Assembly (NCBI GenBank): GCA_035308445.1 | Contig: DATGGQ010000030.1 | Location: 52,598-116,597 of the forward strand | Reading direction: 5' to 3' | Length of the DNA stretch: 64,000 bases | DNA from: Candidatus Limnocylindrales bacterium | Lineage (GTDB): Bacteria; Chloroflexota; Limnocylindria; Limnocylindrales; CSP1-4 | Part shown: positions 36,523 to 46,982 of the stretch, piece after piece | How positions within the stretch are numbered: position 1 is the stretch's first letter | Layout of the letters: every line of letters begins with the position of its first letter | The notes under the pieces: model-generated | The model's database searches: none | What the model was told of the DNA's origin: nothing | The model's input: only the letters and a program-made list of their open reading frames with translations | Made by a program: the position numbers and the translations under genes

Positions 36523-37710
36523 GTGTCTGACGGCGGGCTCACCGCGGAGGAGCGGCTCCTCCGCGACACCGCCCGGGAGTTCGCCCAGCGCGAGGTCGCG
36601 CCGACCGCCATCGAGCGCGACGAAGCCGAGCGCTTCGACCGATCGATCTTCAGCCGCATGGGCGAGCTGAGCCTGACCGCGGCCCCGATCCCCGAGTCGG
36701 CGGGCGGCGCCGGGTTCAGCTACCTCGGCTGGACGCTCGTCATGGAGGAGCTCGGGGCGGCCGACATGGCGAGCGCGGTCATGCTGTCCGTGCACATCCT
36801 GTCCCAACTCCCGGTCGTGACGTTCGGGAGCGAGGAGCAGCACAGCCGCTGGCTGCCGCCGATGCTCGCCGGCGAGGCGCTCGGGGCATTCGGCCTCACC
36901 GAGCCGGGCGGGGGCAGCGACGCGGCGGCGCTCCGGACCCGCGCGACCCGCCACGCCGGCGACGGCTCGGAGCTCCCGGCCGCGGCACCAGCGTCGGATG
37001 TCGTCTCGTACAAGCTCTCCGGCACGAAGATCTGGATCTCGAACGCGCCCGAGGCCGATCACTACCTCGTCTTCGCGACGATCGACCCATCGAAGGGGTC
37101 CAAGGGCATCACCGCGTTCCTCGTCGAGAAGGAGACGCCAGGCTTCCGGTTCGGGGCCCACGAGAAGAAGATGGGCATCCGGGCCTGCCCGGCGGCGGAG
37201 CTGGTCTTCGAGGGCGCCGAGGTCCCGGCCGCGAACCGGTTGGGCGAGGAGGGTCGCGGGTATCGGATCGCGCTGTCCGCTCTCGCCGAGGGCCGCATCT
37301 CGATCGGCGCCGGGTGCGTCGGCATCGCTCGCTCCGCGCTCGAGCAGGCCGCCGCCTACCTCCAGCAGCGGAAGGGGTTCGGCGCACCGCTGTCGGAGCT
37401 GCAGGGGCTCCGGTTCATGCTCGCCGAGATGGCGCGCGACGTCGCCGCGGCTCGAGCCCTCGTGCGCGATGCCGCGCGAGCCAAAGATCGCGGCGAACCG
37501 ATCGGCGTGCCGTCGTCGCTCGCGAAGTGGACGGCGTCGGACGCCGCCATGAAGGTGGCCACGGACGCCGTCCAGCTCTTCGGCGGGAGCGGCTACTCCC
37601 GCGAGACCGGGATCGAACGCCTGATGCGCGACGCGAAGGGCGCCCAGATCTACGAGGGCACGAACCAGATCCACCGGCTGATCGTGGCGGAGAATCTCCT
37701 CGCGACCTAG
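36523..37710 (+). CDS. Acyl-CoA dehydrogenase (short/branched-chain type)
   Basis: Full acyl-CoA dehydrogenase fold (GAFGLTEPGGGSDAAAL...YEGTNQIHRLIVAENLL). The start is ambiguous: GTG 36523 is chosen, GTG 36505 is possible. Confidence 0.85.
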   Translation: MSDGGLTAEERLLRDTAREFAQREVAPTAIERDEAERFDRSIFSRMGELSLTAAPIPESAGGAGFSYLGWTLVMEELGAADMASAVMLSVHILSQLPVVTFGSEEQHSRWLPPMLAGEALGAFGLTEPGGGSDAAALRTRATRHAGDGSELPAAAPASDVVSYKLSGTKIWISNAPEADHYLVFATIDPSKGSKGITAFLVEKETPGFRFGAHEKKMGIRACPAAELVFEGAEVPAANRLGEEGRGYRIALSALAEGRISIGAGCVGIARSALEQAAAYLQQRKGFGAPLSELQGLRFMLAEMARDVAAARALVRDAARAKDRGEPIGVPSSLAKWTASDAAMKVATDAVQLFGGSGYSRETGIERLMRDAKGAQIYEGTNQIHRLIVAENLLAT

Positions 37711-37762
37711 GCGTCTGGGCCGTCCAAGGGGGCGCCGCCCCGCCGGGATGTAGGATCGGTTC

Positions 37763-39004
37763 GTGGCCATGCAGCGTTCGAGCCCCAACGGGCAGGTCTT
37801 CCTCGTCAGCGCGGCACGCACGCCGATCGGCAAGTTCGGTGGGCTGCTCTCCACCACCCCGGCCGTCGAGCTCGGCGGGGTCGCCATCCGCGCGGCCGTC
37901 GAGCGGGCCGGCCTGCCGGACGGGACGGCGATCGACGAGGTCCTCATGGGCCAGGTGATCCAGGCCGGCGCGGGCCAGGCACCGGCCCGTCAGGCGGCCC
38001 TGAACGCCGGCCTCGCCGAGACGACCTCCGCGACCACGATCAACCGCGTCTGCGGCTCGGGCTTGAAGTCGATCATGCTGGCCGCGGCGGAGATCCGGGC
38101 GGGCGATGCCGAGGTCGCCGTCGCGGGCGGAATGGAGAACATGAATCTCGCCCCGTACCTCCTCCCCAACGCCCGCTTCGGCTATCGACTCGGGGACGGG
38201 AAGGTCGTCGACTCGACGGTCCACGACGGGCTGTGGTGCTCCATCGAGGGCTGCCACATGGGCACGCACGCGGAGCGCGTCGCGATCGCCGAGCACGTCA
38301 GCCGGGTCGACCAGGACGCGCTCGCCCTCACGAGCCACCAGCGGGCGATCGCCGCGATCGATGCCGGCCGGTTCACCGACGAGATCACGCCCGTGACGGT
38401 GACCGATGCCAGGGGCCGCGAGACCGTCGTCGACACCGACGAAGGTCCGCGGCGCGACACGTCGCTGGAGGCGCTCGCCCGGTTGAAGCCGGCCTTCGAC
38501 CTGCCGACCGGGCCGGACCGCGGCGACGCCACGGTCGGGACCGTGACCGCCGGCAACGCTCCCGGCATCACCGACGGCGCGGCCGCCACCGTCGTGGCCA
38601 GCGAGCGGGCCGTCGAGCGGCTCGGGCTCAGGCCGATGGCCCTGATCCTCGGCTATGCCCAGGCCGAGGTCGCCCCGAAGTGGCTGTTCCTCGCCCCGGT
38701 CGAGGGCGTGAAGAAGCTGCTCGACAAGGTCGAGATGCCGATCGACGCCTTCGACCTCGTGGAGATCAACGAGGCGTTCGCCGCCCAGACCCTCGCCGAC
38801 GGCCGCGAGCTCTCGTTCGATTGGGATCGCGTCAACGTGAACGGCGGCGCGATCGCGCTCGGCCACCCGATCGGCGCGTCGGGTGCCCGGATCATGACGA
38901 CGCTCCTGTACGAGCTCCGCCGACGGCAGGGCCGGTACGGGCTCGCGACCCTGTGCCTCGGCGGCGGCGGCTCCGTCGCCATGGCCGTCGAGCGGGTCGA
39001 CTAG
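37763..39004 (+). CDS. Acetyl-CoA C-acetyltransferase (thiolase II)
   Basis: Active-site Cys block NRVCGSGL, His/Cys C-terminal blocks GGAIALGHPIGASGAR, CLGGGGSVAMAVE. Confidence 0.9.
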   Translation: MAMQRSSPNGQVFLVSAARTPIGKFGGLLSTTPAVELGGVAIRAAVERAGLPDGTAIDEVLMGQVIQAGAGQAPARQAALNAGLAETTSATTINRVCGSGLKSIMLAAAEIRAGDAEVAVAGGMENMNLAPYLLPNARFGYRLGDGKVVDSTVHDGLWCSIEGCHMGTHAERVAIAEHVSRVDQDALALTSHQRAIAAIDAGRFTDEITPVTVTDARGRETVVDTDEGPRRDTSLEALARLKPAFDLPTGPDRGDATVGTVTAGNAPGITDGAAATVVASERAVERLGLRPMALILGYAQAEVAPKWLFLAPVEGVKKLLDKVEMPIDAFDLVEINEAFAAQTLADGRELSFDWDRVNVNGGAIALGHPIGASGARIMTTLLYELRRRQGRYGLATLCLGGGGSVAMAVERVD

Positions 39005-39035
39005 CTCCCGCACCGAGCGGCGAGCCGGTCGGGCC

Positions 39036-39989
39036 ATGAAGGTCGCGGTCTTCGGGGCAGGCGCCGTCGGGTCGTATCTCGGGAGTTGCCTGGCCAAGGC
39101 CGGCGCGGGCGTCCACCTCATCGCCCGGGGCAAGCACCTCGACGCCCTCCGCCGCAGCGGGCTCACGCTCGTCACCCCACGCGGCAGCGAGACGGTCCGC
39201 GTGGCCGCGACCGACGACCCCGCCGGGGTCGGGATCGTCGACGTCGTGCTGTTCGCCGTGAAGGCCTACGACACCGAGTCGGCCGCGAGGCGGCTCAAGC
39301 CGCTGCTCGGCCTGCGGACGGCGGTCGTGTCGCTCCAGAACGGGATCGAGAACGAGGACCAGCTCGCCGCGATCATCGGCCCCGATCACGTGGTCCCGAT
39401 GGCCGTCTACATCCTTGCCGCGATCGAGGAGCCAGGGGTCGTCCGGAGCGGTCCGGCCCGGGTGGTCCTCGGCGAGTATTCGCCGGGGCCGCCCTCGAAG
39501 CGGGTCGACGATCTCGCCGAGATGTTCCGGCTCGGCGGCGTCGAGGCCGAGGTCACGGCCGATGTCCGCGTGGCCAAGTGGCAGAAGTACACCTTGCTCG
39601 TCGGGTTCTCGGCCGTCAGCGCTGCCAGCCAGCTGCCGCTCGGCAGCATCCGCCAATCTCCCGCCGCCGTGGCGATGATGCGAGCCGTCATGCAGGAGGC
39701 CTTCGAGGTCGCCACCGCGTTGGGCGTGGCGCTGCCCGACGACCAGGTCGAGCGGTCGATCGGGCGGGTCCTCGCCCAGGCCGATTCCGAGGGCGCCTCA
39801 CTGCGGAACGACCTGCTCAAGGGCCGGCGGATGGAGCTCGACGCCCTCCAGGGCGCGCTGATCCGGCTCGGACGCCAGGCCGGTGTTCCGACGCCGTGGA
39901 CCGAGGCGGCCTACGCGATCCTCGAGCCGTGGGCGATCAAGAACGGCTCCAGCCAGGCCGGCAACCCGGACGTGGCCCGGCTGACGTAG
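39036..39989 (+). CDS. 2-dehydropantoate 2-reductase-family (ApbA/PanE-like) NAD(P)H reductase
   Basis: MKVAVFGAGAVGSYLG Rossmann motif. Conserved Lys/Asn/Glu region (VAKWQK...). 317 aa. Confidence 0.75.
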   Translation: MKVAVFGAGAVGSYLGSCLAKAGAGVHLIARGKHLDALRRSGLTLVTPRGSETVRVAATDDPAGVGIVDVVLFAVKAYDTESAARRLKPLLGLRTAVVSLQNGIENEDQLAAIIGPDHVVPMAVYILAAIEEPGVVRSGPARVVLGEYSPGPPSKRVDDLAEMFRLGGVEAEVTADVRVAKWQKYTLLVGFSAVSAASQLPLGSIRQSPAAVAMMRAVMQEAFEVATALGVALPDDQVERSIGRVLAQADSEGASLRNDLLKGRRMELDALQGALIRLGRQAGVPTPWTEAAYAILEPWAIKNGSSQAGNPDVARLT

Positions 39990-40024
39990 GGGTCGATGAG
40001 CCTCGGCCGACTTATCCTGAGCGC

Positions 40025-41560
40025 ATGACCGACACCCTGGCCCCGGCCGCCACCAGCGGCACCGGCGCGGCCCCCCGGACCTTCCAGCTGTACATCGCCG
40101 GCGAGTGGGTCGACGGGGTCGGCGGCGAGACGTTCGAGAGCCTGAACCCGGCCGATCGCCGCGACGTCATCGGGCGCTTCCAGCGGGGCACCGCCGCCGA
40201 CGTGGCAATGGCCGTCAAGGCCGCCGAGATGGCCCTGCCGCGATGGAAGGCGACGCCTGCCCCGAAGCGCGGCGAGCTGCTCTACCGTTTCGGCGCCCTC
40301 ATGGCCGAGCACAAGGAGGAGCTCGCCCGGGCCATGACCCGGGAGATGGGCAAGGTGCTCGCCGAGGCGAGGGGCGACGTCCAGGAAGGCATCGACATCG
40401 CCTTCCTCATGGCGGGCGAGGGTCGCCGGATGGCCGGTGAGACCGTGCCTTCGGAGCTGCCGGACAAATGGGCGATGAGCATCCGCCAGCCGATCGGGAT
40501 CGCCGGGATCATCACGCCCTGGAACTTCCCGATGGCGATCCCGTGCTGGAAGACGATGCCGGCGCTCGTGACCGGCAACACGGTCGTGTTCAAGCCGGCC
40601 AGCGACACGCCCCACTGCGCCACGCTTCTCGTCGAGCTGATGGCCGAGGCCGGTATCCCGCCCGGCGTCGTCAACCTCGTGACGGGAGCCGGCGCCGACG
40701 TGGGCGACGCGATCGTCGAGTCGCCGGACGTCCGGGTGATCTCGTTCACCGGCCACACCTCGACGGGCAAGCACATCGCCGAGCGGGCGGCCCACCGGCT
40801 CAAGCGAGTCTCGCTCGAGCTCGGCGGCAAGAACGCCGTTGTCGTGATGCGCGACGCCGACCTCGACCTCGCCACCGACGGGATCATCTGGTCGGCCTTC
40901 GGCACGACCGGCCAACGCTGCACGGCCGCGTCGCGGGTCATCGTCGAGGAGCCGGTCGTCGAGGACCTGCTCCGGCGCCTGGAGGCCCGAGCGACGAAGC
41001 TCGTCCTGGGCTCCGGGCTCGACGAGCGGGTCGACGTCGGACCGCTGATCAACCCGGCGGCGGTCGAGAAGGTCGGCTCGTACGTCGAGATCGGTCGGAC
41101 GGAGGGGGAGCTCGTCATCGGCGGCGCGACGGCAACGGACGGCGCGCTCGCGAACGGCAACTTCTTCCAGCCGACGATCTTCGCCGGCGTCGGGCCGATG
41201 GACCGGATCGCCCAGGAGGAGATCTTCGGACCGGTCCTCTCGGTGGTGCCCGTCCCGGACTACGCCGCCGCGGTCACCGCCCTGAACCAGACGAAGTACG
41301 GGCTCTCCTCGTCGATCTTCACGCGCGACACGAACACGGCGTTCCGGGCGATGCGCGACTTCGAGACGGGGATCGTCTACGTGAACGCGGGCACGACGGG
41401 CGCCGAGACCCACCTGCCGTTCGGCGGCTGGAAGGAGACCGGCAACGGTCACCGCGAGGCCGGCCACGCCGCGCTCGACACCTACACCGAGTGGAAGGCG
41501 ATCTACGTCGACTATTCGGGCCGGCTGCAGCGAGCCCAGATCGACAACCAGCCGGGCTGA
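40025..41560 (+). CDS. NAD(P)-dependent aldehyde dehydrogenase
   Basis: Aldehyde dehydrogenase catalytic Cys (GQRCTAAS), Glu (LELGGKNA), and a full-length 511-aa fold. Confidence 0.85.
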   Translation: MTDTLAPAATSGTGAAPRTFQLYIAGEWVDGVGGETFESLNPADRRDVIGRFQRGTAADVAMAVKAAEMALPRWKATPAPKRGELLYRFGALMAEHKEELARAMTREMGKVLAEARGDVQEGIDIAFLMAGEGRRMAGETVPSELPDKWAMSIRQPIGIAGIITPWNFPMAIPCWKTMPALVTGNTVVFKPASDTPHCATLLVELMAEAGIPPGVVNLVTGAGADVGDAIVESPDVRVISFTGHTSTGKHIAERAAHRLKRVSLELGGKNAVVVMRDADLDLATDGIIWSAFGTTGQRCTAASRVIVEEPVVEDLLRRLEARATKLVLGSGLDERVDVGPLINPAAVEKVGSYVEIGRTEGELVIGGATATDGALANGNFFQPTIFAGVGPMDRIAQEEIFGPVLSVVPVPDYAAAVTALNQTKYGLSSSIFTRDTNTAFRAMRDFETGIVYVNAGTTGAETHLPFGGWKETGNGHREAGHAALDTYTEWKAIYVDYSGRLQRAQIDNQPG

Positions 41561-41573
41561 GGGCCGGCCCGCG

Positions 41574-41912
41574 ATGTCGACCTTCGAGGACGTCCGGCGG
41601 ATCGCCCTCGCCCTGCCCACGGTCGAGGAGGTCGTCACGTGGGGCTCGGACCTGACCTTCCGGGTCCGCGGCAAGATCTTCGCCATCGGCGGCGAAGGCG
41701 CGGAGATCGTGTCGATCAAGGCCTCGCCCGATGCCCAGGCCGACCTCCTCGCCCTCGACGCGACGACGTTCTCGAAGGCCGCCTATACGGGCCGCTTCGG
41801 CTGGGTGAACGTCCGCCTCGCGGGCGTCGACGAGCCGATGCTCGAGGAGCTGCTCGCGAACGCCTGGCGTCAGACCGCGCCGAAGCGCGTGGTCCGCGAA
41901 GCCGACCGTTAG
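41574..41912 (+). CDS. MmcQ/YjbR-family small protein
   Basis: 112 aa. FEDVRRIALALP...GKIFAI pattern typical of the MmcQ/YjbR family. Confidence 0.55.
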   Translation: MSTFEDVRRIALALPTVEEVVTWGSDLTFRVRGKIFAIGGEGAEIVSIKASPDAQADLLALDATTFSKAAYTGRFGWVNVRLAGVDEPMLEELLANAWRQTAPKRVVREADR

Positions 41913-41951
41913 GGCTCGCCGGCCGGCTCTTGGGGTATCCTCCGCCTCCGC

Positions 41952-42026
<75 letters not shown>

Positions 42027-42307
42027 CGTTCCCGATCGCGCAAGAACCAACGACCCCCCGGGCAGGCGCCCGAGGGGTCGTCGTCGTTCCCGTGGCGACC
42101 GCACTCGCCGCCTGGTGATGACGATGCCCCGAGGCTGTCGCGGCGGCAGCCCGCCGTCGAGAGGCGCGTTCGTCATCCGACGGCGTGCGGATGGCCTATG
42201 CGGCCGGGCACCACCGAATCAGGGCTGCAGCCCGATGGCGAGGCGGCGCCTTAGATCGACGGTCGCTCCATGGCCGGCACCCGCCGGCGACCGCTGGAGC
42301 GATCGAC

Positions 42308-42820
42308 ATGCTGCAAGCCCACGAGCGACAGGTTGCCGAGGCCTATGAGGCCCACCGCGGGCCCCTCGTCCGCCATCTCACCGCGATCACCCGCGACCCC
42401 GCCGACGCGGAGGACCTCGCCCAGGACGCGTTCCTCCGGCTTGCCGCAGAGGTCGCGGCCGGCCGCGCACCCGACGACACGGGGGCATGGCTGCACCGGG
42501 TCGGCTGGAACCTGGCCATGAGCCGGGGCCGGCGTCGGTCGGTGGCCGACCGGCGAATCGCCGAGCTGGCCCGACCGAGCGAGCCCAGTCAGCCCGACCG
42601 CATCGTCATCGGCCGCGAGGCTGGCACGACCCTGGCGTCGGCGCTCGAGACCCTCCGACCCGTCGAATCCGAGGCGATCCTGCTCGCCGCGAACGGCCGT
42701 CGTGGTGACGAGGTCGCCGCGGCGCTCGGCCGATCGGCTGGCGCGACCCGCACCCTGCTCTGTCGCGCCCGGGCGAAGCTGCGCCTCGTCCTCGATCAGG
42801 AGGCCCTCGTTCCCGCCTGA
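42308..42820 (+). CDS. RNA polymerase sigma factor, ECF subfamily
   Basis: Region 2 (DLAQDAFLRL...WLHRVGWNLAMSR) and region 4 (LAANGRRGDEVAAALGRSAGATRTLLCRARAKL). GGAG RBS. Confidence 0.75.
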   Translation: MLQAHERQVAEAYEAHRGPLVRHLTAITRDPADAEDLAQDAFLRLAAEVAAGRAPDDTGAWLHRVGWNLAMSRGRRRSVADRRIAELARPSEPSQPDRIVIGREAGTTLASALETLRPVESEAILLAANGRRGDEVAAALGRSAGATRTLLCRARAKLRLVLDQEALVPA

Positions 42821-42844
42821 CGCGATGCGTATCATCGGCGGGCC

Positions 42845-45838
42845 GTGGTCGACCTCCTCGAACGGCGCGCGTTCGTCGGGCGCGAACGGGAGCTGGCGCG
42901 TCTCGTGGCGCTGCTCGACGATGTCATCGACGGCTCCGGCCGGACCGTCATCGTCGCCGGCGAGGCCGGGATCGGGAAGTCGCGGCTGGTCTCGCGGTTC
43001 GTGACCGTCTCGGTGGACCGGGCTCGCGGCGAGACGGGCGCCTGCCTTCCGCCCGGCAGCGGGGCGCTGCCGTACGGGCCGTTCGTCGAGATCCTCCGGG
43101 GGATCGTCGCCGACATGCCGCGCGAGCGCCTGCCCGCCCTGCTGGGGCCGGGACGCGGCGTCCTGATCCGGCTGCTGCCCGAGCTCGCGAGCCGCGAGGC
43201 CGAGATGACCGTGGGCCTCGACGGCGAGGCCGATCCCTCCGCGCAGGGCCGGCTGTTCGAGCTCATCCTCGGCGTCTTCCAGCGCCTCGCCGGCGAGCGC
43301 CCGCTGATCCTCGTCGTGGAGGACATCCAGTGGGCCGACGCCTCAACTCGCGAGCTCCTCGGCTTTCTCGTCCGAGGCCTCGCCCACGATCGGGTCCTGA
43401 TCGCCCCGACCCTCCGCACGGACCCGGACGATCTCGGTCCGGCGACCCTCGACCTCGTCGCCGAGCTGGAGCGCGACGATCGCGTCGATCGGGTCGACCT
43501 CCGGCCATTCGATCGGGGCGATGTCGCGGAGCAGGTCCGCGTGCTGCTCGACCACCGGCCCGAGCTTGACCTCGTGGATCGGCTGGTCGCGCGGAGCGAT
43601 GGCAATCCGTTCTTCGTCGAGGAGCTGCTCCTGGCCGGTGCCGAGGACCGGGATGACCTGCCGCCGGTCGTTCGGGACGTCGTCGCCGCCCGATTGCTCG
43701 GGCTGTCGGACGAGACCCGGCGGGTCCTCCGCGCCGCGACGGTGATCGGCCGGACCGTCGACGAGGACCTGCTGATCGAGGTCCTCCACCTCGATCGCGA
43801 GCGAGTGGCCGCGGCGCTCCGGGAAGCCATCGTCGCCGGCGTCCTCGAACGCGATCGTTCGGCTCCCGAAGGCCCGCCGGCCTTCCGGCACCAGCTCCTC
43901 CGCGAGGCGGTGGCCGCCGAGCTGTTCCCGGGCGAGCGACGAAGCCTCCATGAGGCCTGCGCCGAGGCGCTGGTCCGACGGATCGCGGACGGGCGTGGCC
44001 TGGTGTCCCCGGCCGACCTCGCCCGGCACTGGGACGCCGCGGAGCAGCCGGCGCGGGCGCTCCGGCCGATGGTCGAGGCGGCCCGAGCCGCCGAGGCCGT
44101 CTACGCCTGGCCCGAGGCCCTCGCGTCCTGGCAGCGGGCCCGGGCCCTGTTCGCTTGCGTCGCCGACGGCCCCGACCTCGCGTCGATGTCCCTCGCCGAG
44201 CTCGAGAGCCACGCCGGCGACTGTGCGGTCCTGGCGGGCGAGTACGGCGAGGCCATCGCCCTTGGCCGCGCGGCGATCGAGGCGATCGACGCCCAGGCCG
44301 ATCCGGCGGCCGCCGGGGTGCTCCACAACCGGCTTCGGTGGTACCTCTGGGAATCGGGCGACCGGCGTGGCGCGGCGGCCGCGGTCGAAGCGGCCCTCCA
44401 GCTCATTCCCGCGGAGCCGCCTAGCCAGGCGCGGGCCGCGGCACTCGCCCAGCACGCCGGGATCCTCCTGTTCGCCGGCCGGTACGAAGAGTCGGCCGCG
44501 GATGCGCGGGCCGCCATCGACATGGCGCGCGGGCTGCAGACAGTCGGGGAGGAGGCGCTGGCCTCGGGCGTGCTGGGCTGGGACCTCGCGGCGCTCGGTA
44601 ACGTCGAGGGAGGGGTGCGGCAGTTCCGGGAGGGCCAGCGGATCGCCGAGGCGATCGGCTCGGCCGAGGGGATCGCCCTCGCGGCCATCAATCTCGTGGC
44701 GCTCCTCGACCGCGTCGGGCGATCGCGCGAGGCGCTCGAGACGGCAACCGCGGCACGGGCTACCGCAGCCCGGATCGGGCTCGACCGGACGTACGGCGCG
44801 CTGCTTCTCGGATACGCGGCGAAGGCGCAGCTGGCGCTCGGGCTCTGGCGCGAGATAGACGTCGCGACGTCAGGCGCCCTGCGCGTCGGTGCGGCGCCTC
44901 GCGGCGAGCTGTGGATCTCGATCAACCGGGCCCGCCTCCTCGCGGCGACCGGGCGGTTGGACGAATCGGCCGCGCTGCTCGACCGCGCACGGACCCTGGA
45001 GCGACGCCTTGGCGGGACCGAGTTCGCCGGGGCGTTGCTCCTGGCCGATGCCGAGCTCGCCGAAGCCCGCGACGACGTCGACTCGGTCCGGCGCGCCGCG
45101 GATGCCGGGACGGATCTGGCCAGCCAGCCGGGACCGCCGGACCCATCGCTCGCGTGGCTCGCGATCGCGATCATCCGGGTCGAGGCCGACGCCCTGGATC
45201 GGGCGATGGTCGGCCCGGCCGATGCCGGGCCCCGTCGCCTCGCGCGGGAGCGGGTCGAGCGTGTCGAGCGGGTCATGCGGCAGGTCCTCGGGCGCCGCCC
45301 CGAGCTCGCCGCGGGCGATCGCTCGGACGCGATTCGCGACCTCCTCGAGGCCGAGCGATCGCGGCTCGGCGGCCGACCCCGCCCTGACCGCTGGGCGAGC
45401 GTCGCGGCCGCGTGGACCGCCCAGGACCGGCCGTACGTCGCGGCCTACTGTCGGTATCGCGAGGCGGCCGCGATCATCGCGACCCATGGCGATCGGGAGG
45501 TCGCCGCGGAACGCCTCCGCCAGGCGCGGGCCATGGCGGCCGCCCTCGGTGCGGCGTCGCTGGTCGCGAGGATCGACGCCCTCTCGAGGGCGGCTCGGTT
45601 GTCAGCCGGCCCGGCCGATGCCGCGACGAGCCAGCCGGCGGACCCCTACGGGTTCACGGCGCGCGAGCGCGAGGTGCTCGATCTCGTCGTCCTGGGCCGG
45701 ACGAACCAGCAGATCGCCGAGCTGCTCTTCATCACCCGCAAGACCGCGAGCGTCCACGTCTCGAACATCATGGCCAAGCTCGGCGCGACGAACCGGGGCG
45801 AGGCGGCGGCGATGGCCCGCCGCCTCGGGCTCGCCTGA
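42845..45838 (+). CDS. LuxR-family large ATP-binding regulator (LAL / MalT-like STAND NTPase + TPR + LuxR HTH)
   Basis: N-terminal P-loop VAGEAGIGKSRL. Long helical repeat middle. C-terminal LuxR HTH REREVLDLVVLGRTNQQIAELLFITRKTASVHVSNIMAKLG. 997 aa. Confidence 0.8.
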   Translation: MVDLLERRAFVGRERELARLVALLDDVIDGSGRTVIVAGEAGIGKSRLVSRFVTVSVDRARGETGACLPPGSGALPYGPFVEILRGIVADMPRERLPALLGPGRGVLIRLLPELASREAEMTVGLDGEADPSAQGRLFELILGVFQRLAGERPLILVVEDIQWADASTRELLGFLVRGLAHDRVLIAPTLRTDPDDLGPATLDLVAELERDDRVDRVDLRPFDRGDVAEQVRVLLDHRPELDLVDRLVARSDGNPFFVEELLLAGAEDRDDLPPVVRDVVAARLLGLSDETRRVLRAATVIGRTVDEDLLIEVLHLDRERVAAALREAIVAGVLERDRSAPEGPPAFRHQLLREAVAAELFPGERRSLHEACAEALVRRIADGRGLVSPADLARHWDAAEQPARALRPMVEAARAAEAVYAWPEALASWQRARALFACVADGPDLASMSLAELESHAGDCAVLAGEYGEAIALGRAAIEAIDAQADPAAAGVLHNRLRWYLWESGDRRGAAAAVEAALQLIPAEPPSQARAAALAQHAGILLFAGRYEESAADARAAIDMARGLQTVGEEALASGVLGWDLAALGNVEGGVRQFREGQRIAEAIGSAEGIALAAINLVALLDRVGRSREALETATAARATAARIGLDRTYGALLLGYAAKAQLALGLWREIDVATSGALRVGAAPRGELWISINRARLLAATGRLDESAALLDRARTLERRLGGTEFAGALLLADAELAEARDDVDSVRRAADAGTDLASQPGPPDPSLAWLAIAIIRVEADALDRAMVGPADAGPRRLARERVERVERVMRQVLGRRPELAAGDRSDAIRDLLEAERSRLGGRPRPDRWASVAAAWTAQDRPYVAAYCRYREAAAIIATHGDREVAAERLRQARAMAAALGAASLVARIDALSRAARLSAGPADAATSQPADPYGFTAREREVLDLVVLGRTNQQIAELLFITRKTASVHVSNIMAKLGATNRGEAAAMARRLGLA

Positions 45839-45845
45839 GGCTCGC

Positions 45846-46826
45846 CTAGGGGGTCAGGCCGCCGCCCAACAGCTGCTGGACCATCGGGCCGACGAGCTGC
45901 ATGAGCGGGATGTCGACCGAGGAGGCGGGCGTGTCGAGGCTCGCTCCTGGATCGGGCGTCTTGAACGTGACGTTGACATCGAACGTCTGCGTCGCGTCGG
46001 ACTTCGAGGCGCCCTTGACCTCGACCGCGATGATCCGGCTGCTCGAGTGATCGAGCCACAGGTCGATCGTGAAGGTCGCGTTCTGGGCGGCGCTGATGAC
46101 CTGCTGGACCTCGGCCTGGGTCGACGGGTTCGTCGCCGCGCCGCTCGCGGCGAGCTTCTGCCAGTCGACCTGCACCGAGAGGTGGTCGGCGTTCGTGCCG
46201 GCGTGCTGCTCGGTGCCAACGTAGGTGAGCGTCACCCCGGCGTCGGTGAGGACGGCCTTGAGGTCGGCCGCGCTGCCGATCGAGGCCATCGGCGCCGTCG
46301 AGGCGCCGGCGGCGCCACCGGCGCCACCGGCGAGCGCCCCGAGCGAGGCGAAGTCGGCCGCCGTGGCGAGCTTGAGCCAGCCGGTGAGGTCGCCCTGGGG
46401 GGCCGTGCCGCCGGTGCTCGCCATGAGCAGGGTCACGAGCGACGGTGCGAGCGGGCTCTTCACGTACAGCGCGCTGCCGTCCCACAGGACGTCGAGGTCG
46501 ATCGTGTCGCCGGTCACGCCGAACTGGGCCAGGTCCGAGGCCGACGGCACGACGCTCGGCACGAGGGCCGAGACCGGCAGGGACACGTGGAACAGGCCCT
46601 TGCCGGCCTTCGTGTCGACGACGAGGCGGACGGCGCCTGGCTGCAGATTGATCGAATCGCTGCCGTTCTGGACCGAGAGCGCAAGGTCCACCTGAACCTG
46701 GTCCCAGCCGGCGTTCTTGGCATTGAAGGCGAGCTGGTAGGGGTCCGCGGTGGTCGTCGTGCCGGAGCACGCGACCGCAACCATCGCGATCACTGAGATC
46801 AGGCCGGCCGTGAACAGGCGGCGCAT
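45846..46826 (-). CDS. Lipoprotein, hypothetical
   Basis: GGGAGGGA RBS. Lipobox MVAVACSG. 326 aa, Ala/Gly/Thr-rich, no motif recognised. Confidence 0.6.
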   Translation of the reverse strand: MRRLFTAGLISVIAMVAVACSGTTTTADPYQLAFNAKNAGWDQVQVDLALSVQNGSDSINLQPGAVRLVVDTKAGKGLFHVSLPVSALVPSVVPSASDLAQFGVTGDTIDLDVLWDGSALYVKSPLAPSLVTLLMASTGGTAPQGDLTGWLKLATAADFASLGALAGGAGGAAGASTAPMASIGSAADLKAVLTDAGVTLTYVGTEQHAGTNADHLSVQVDWQKLAASGAATNPSTQAEVQQVISAAQNATFTIDLWLDHSSSRIIAVEVKGASKSDATQTFDVNVTFKTPDPGASLDTPASSVDIPLMQLVGPMVQQLLGGGLTP

Positions 46827-46982
46827 GCTGGCGTTCCCTCCCCGGAGCCGGACGCCCTCGCGACCGGTCGCGGGTCATGGTAGGGCGTCGTCCGGGCCGT
46901 GTCGGTGATAGGCTCCGACCGTCCTTGAAGCCGGTCCCGTGAGGCCGGCGTACCGGTCCCGTGAGGCCGGGCAGGAGGCTCG

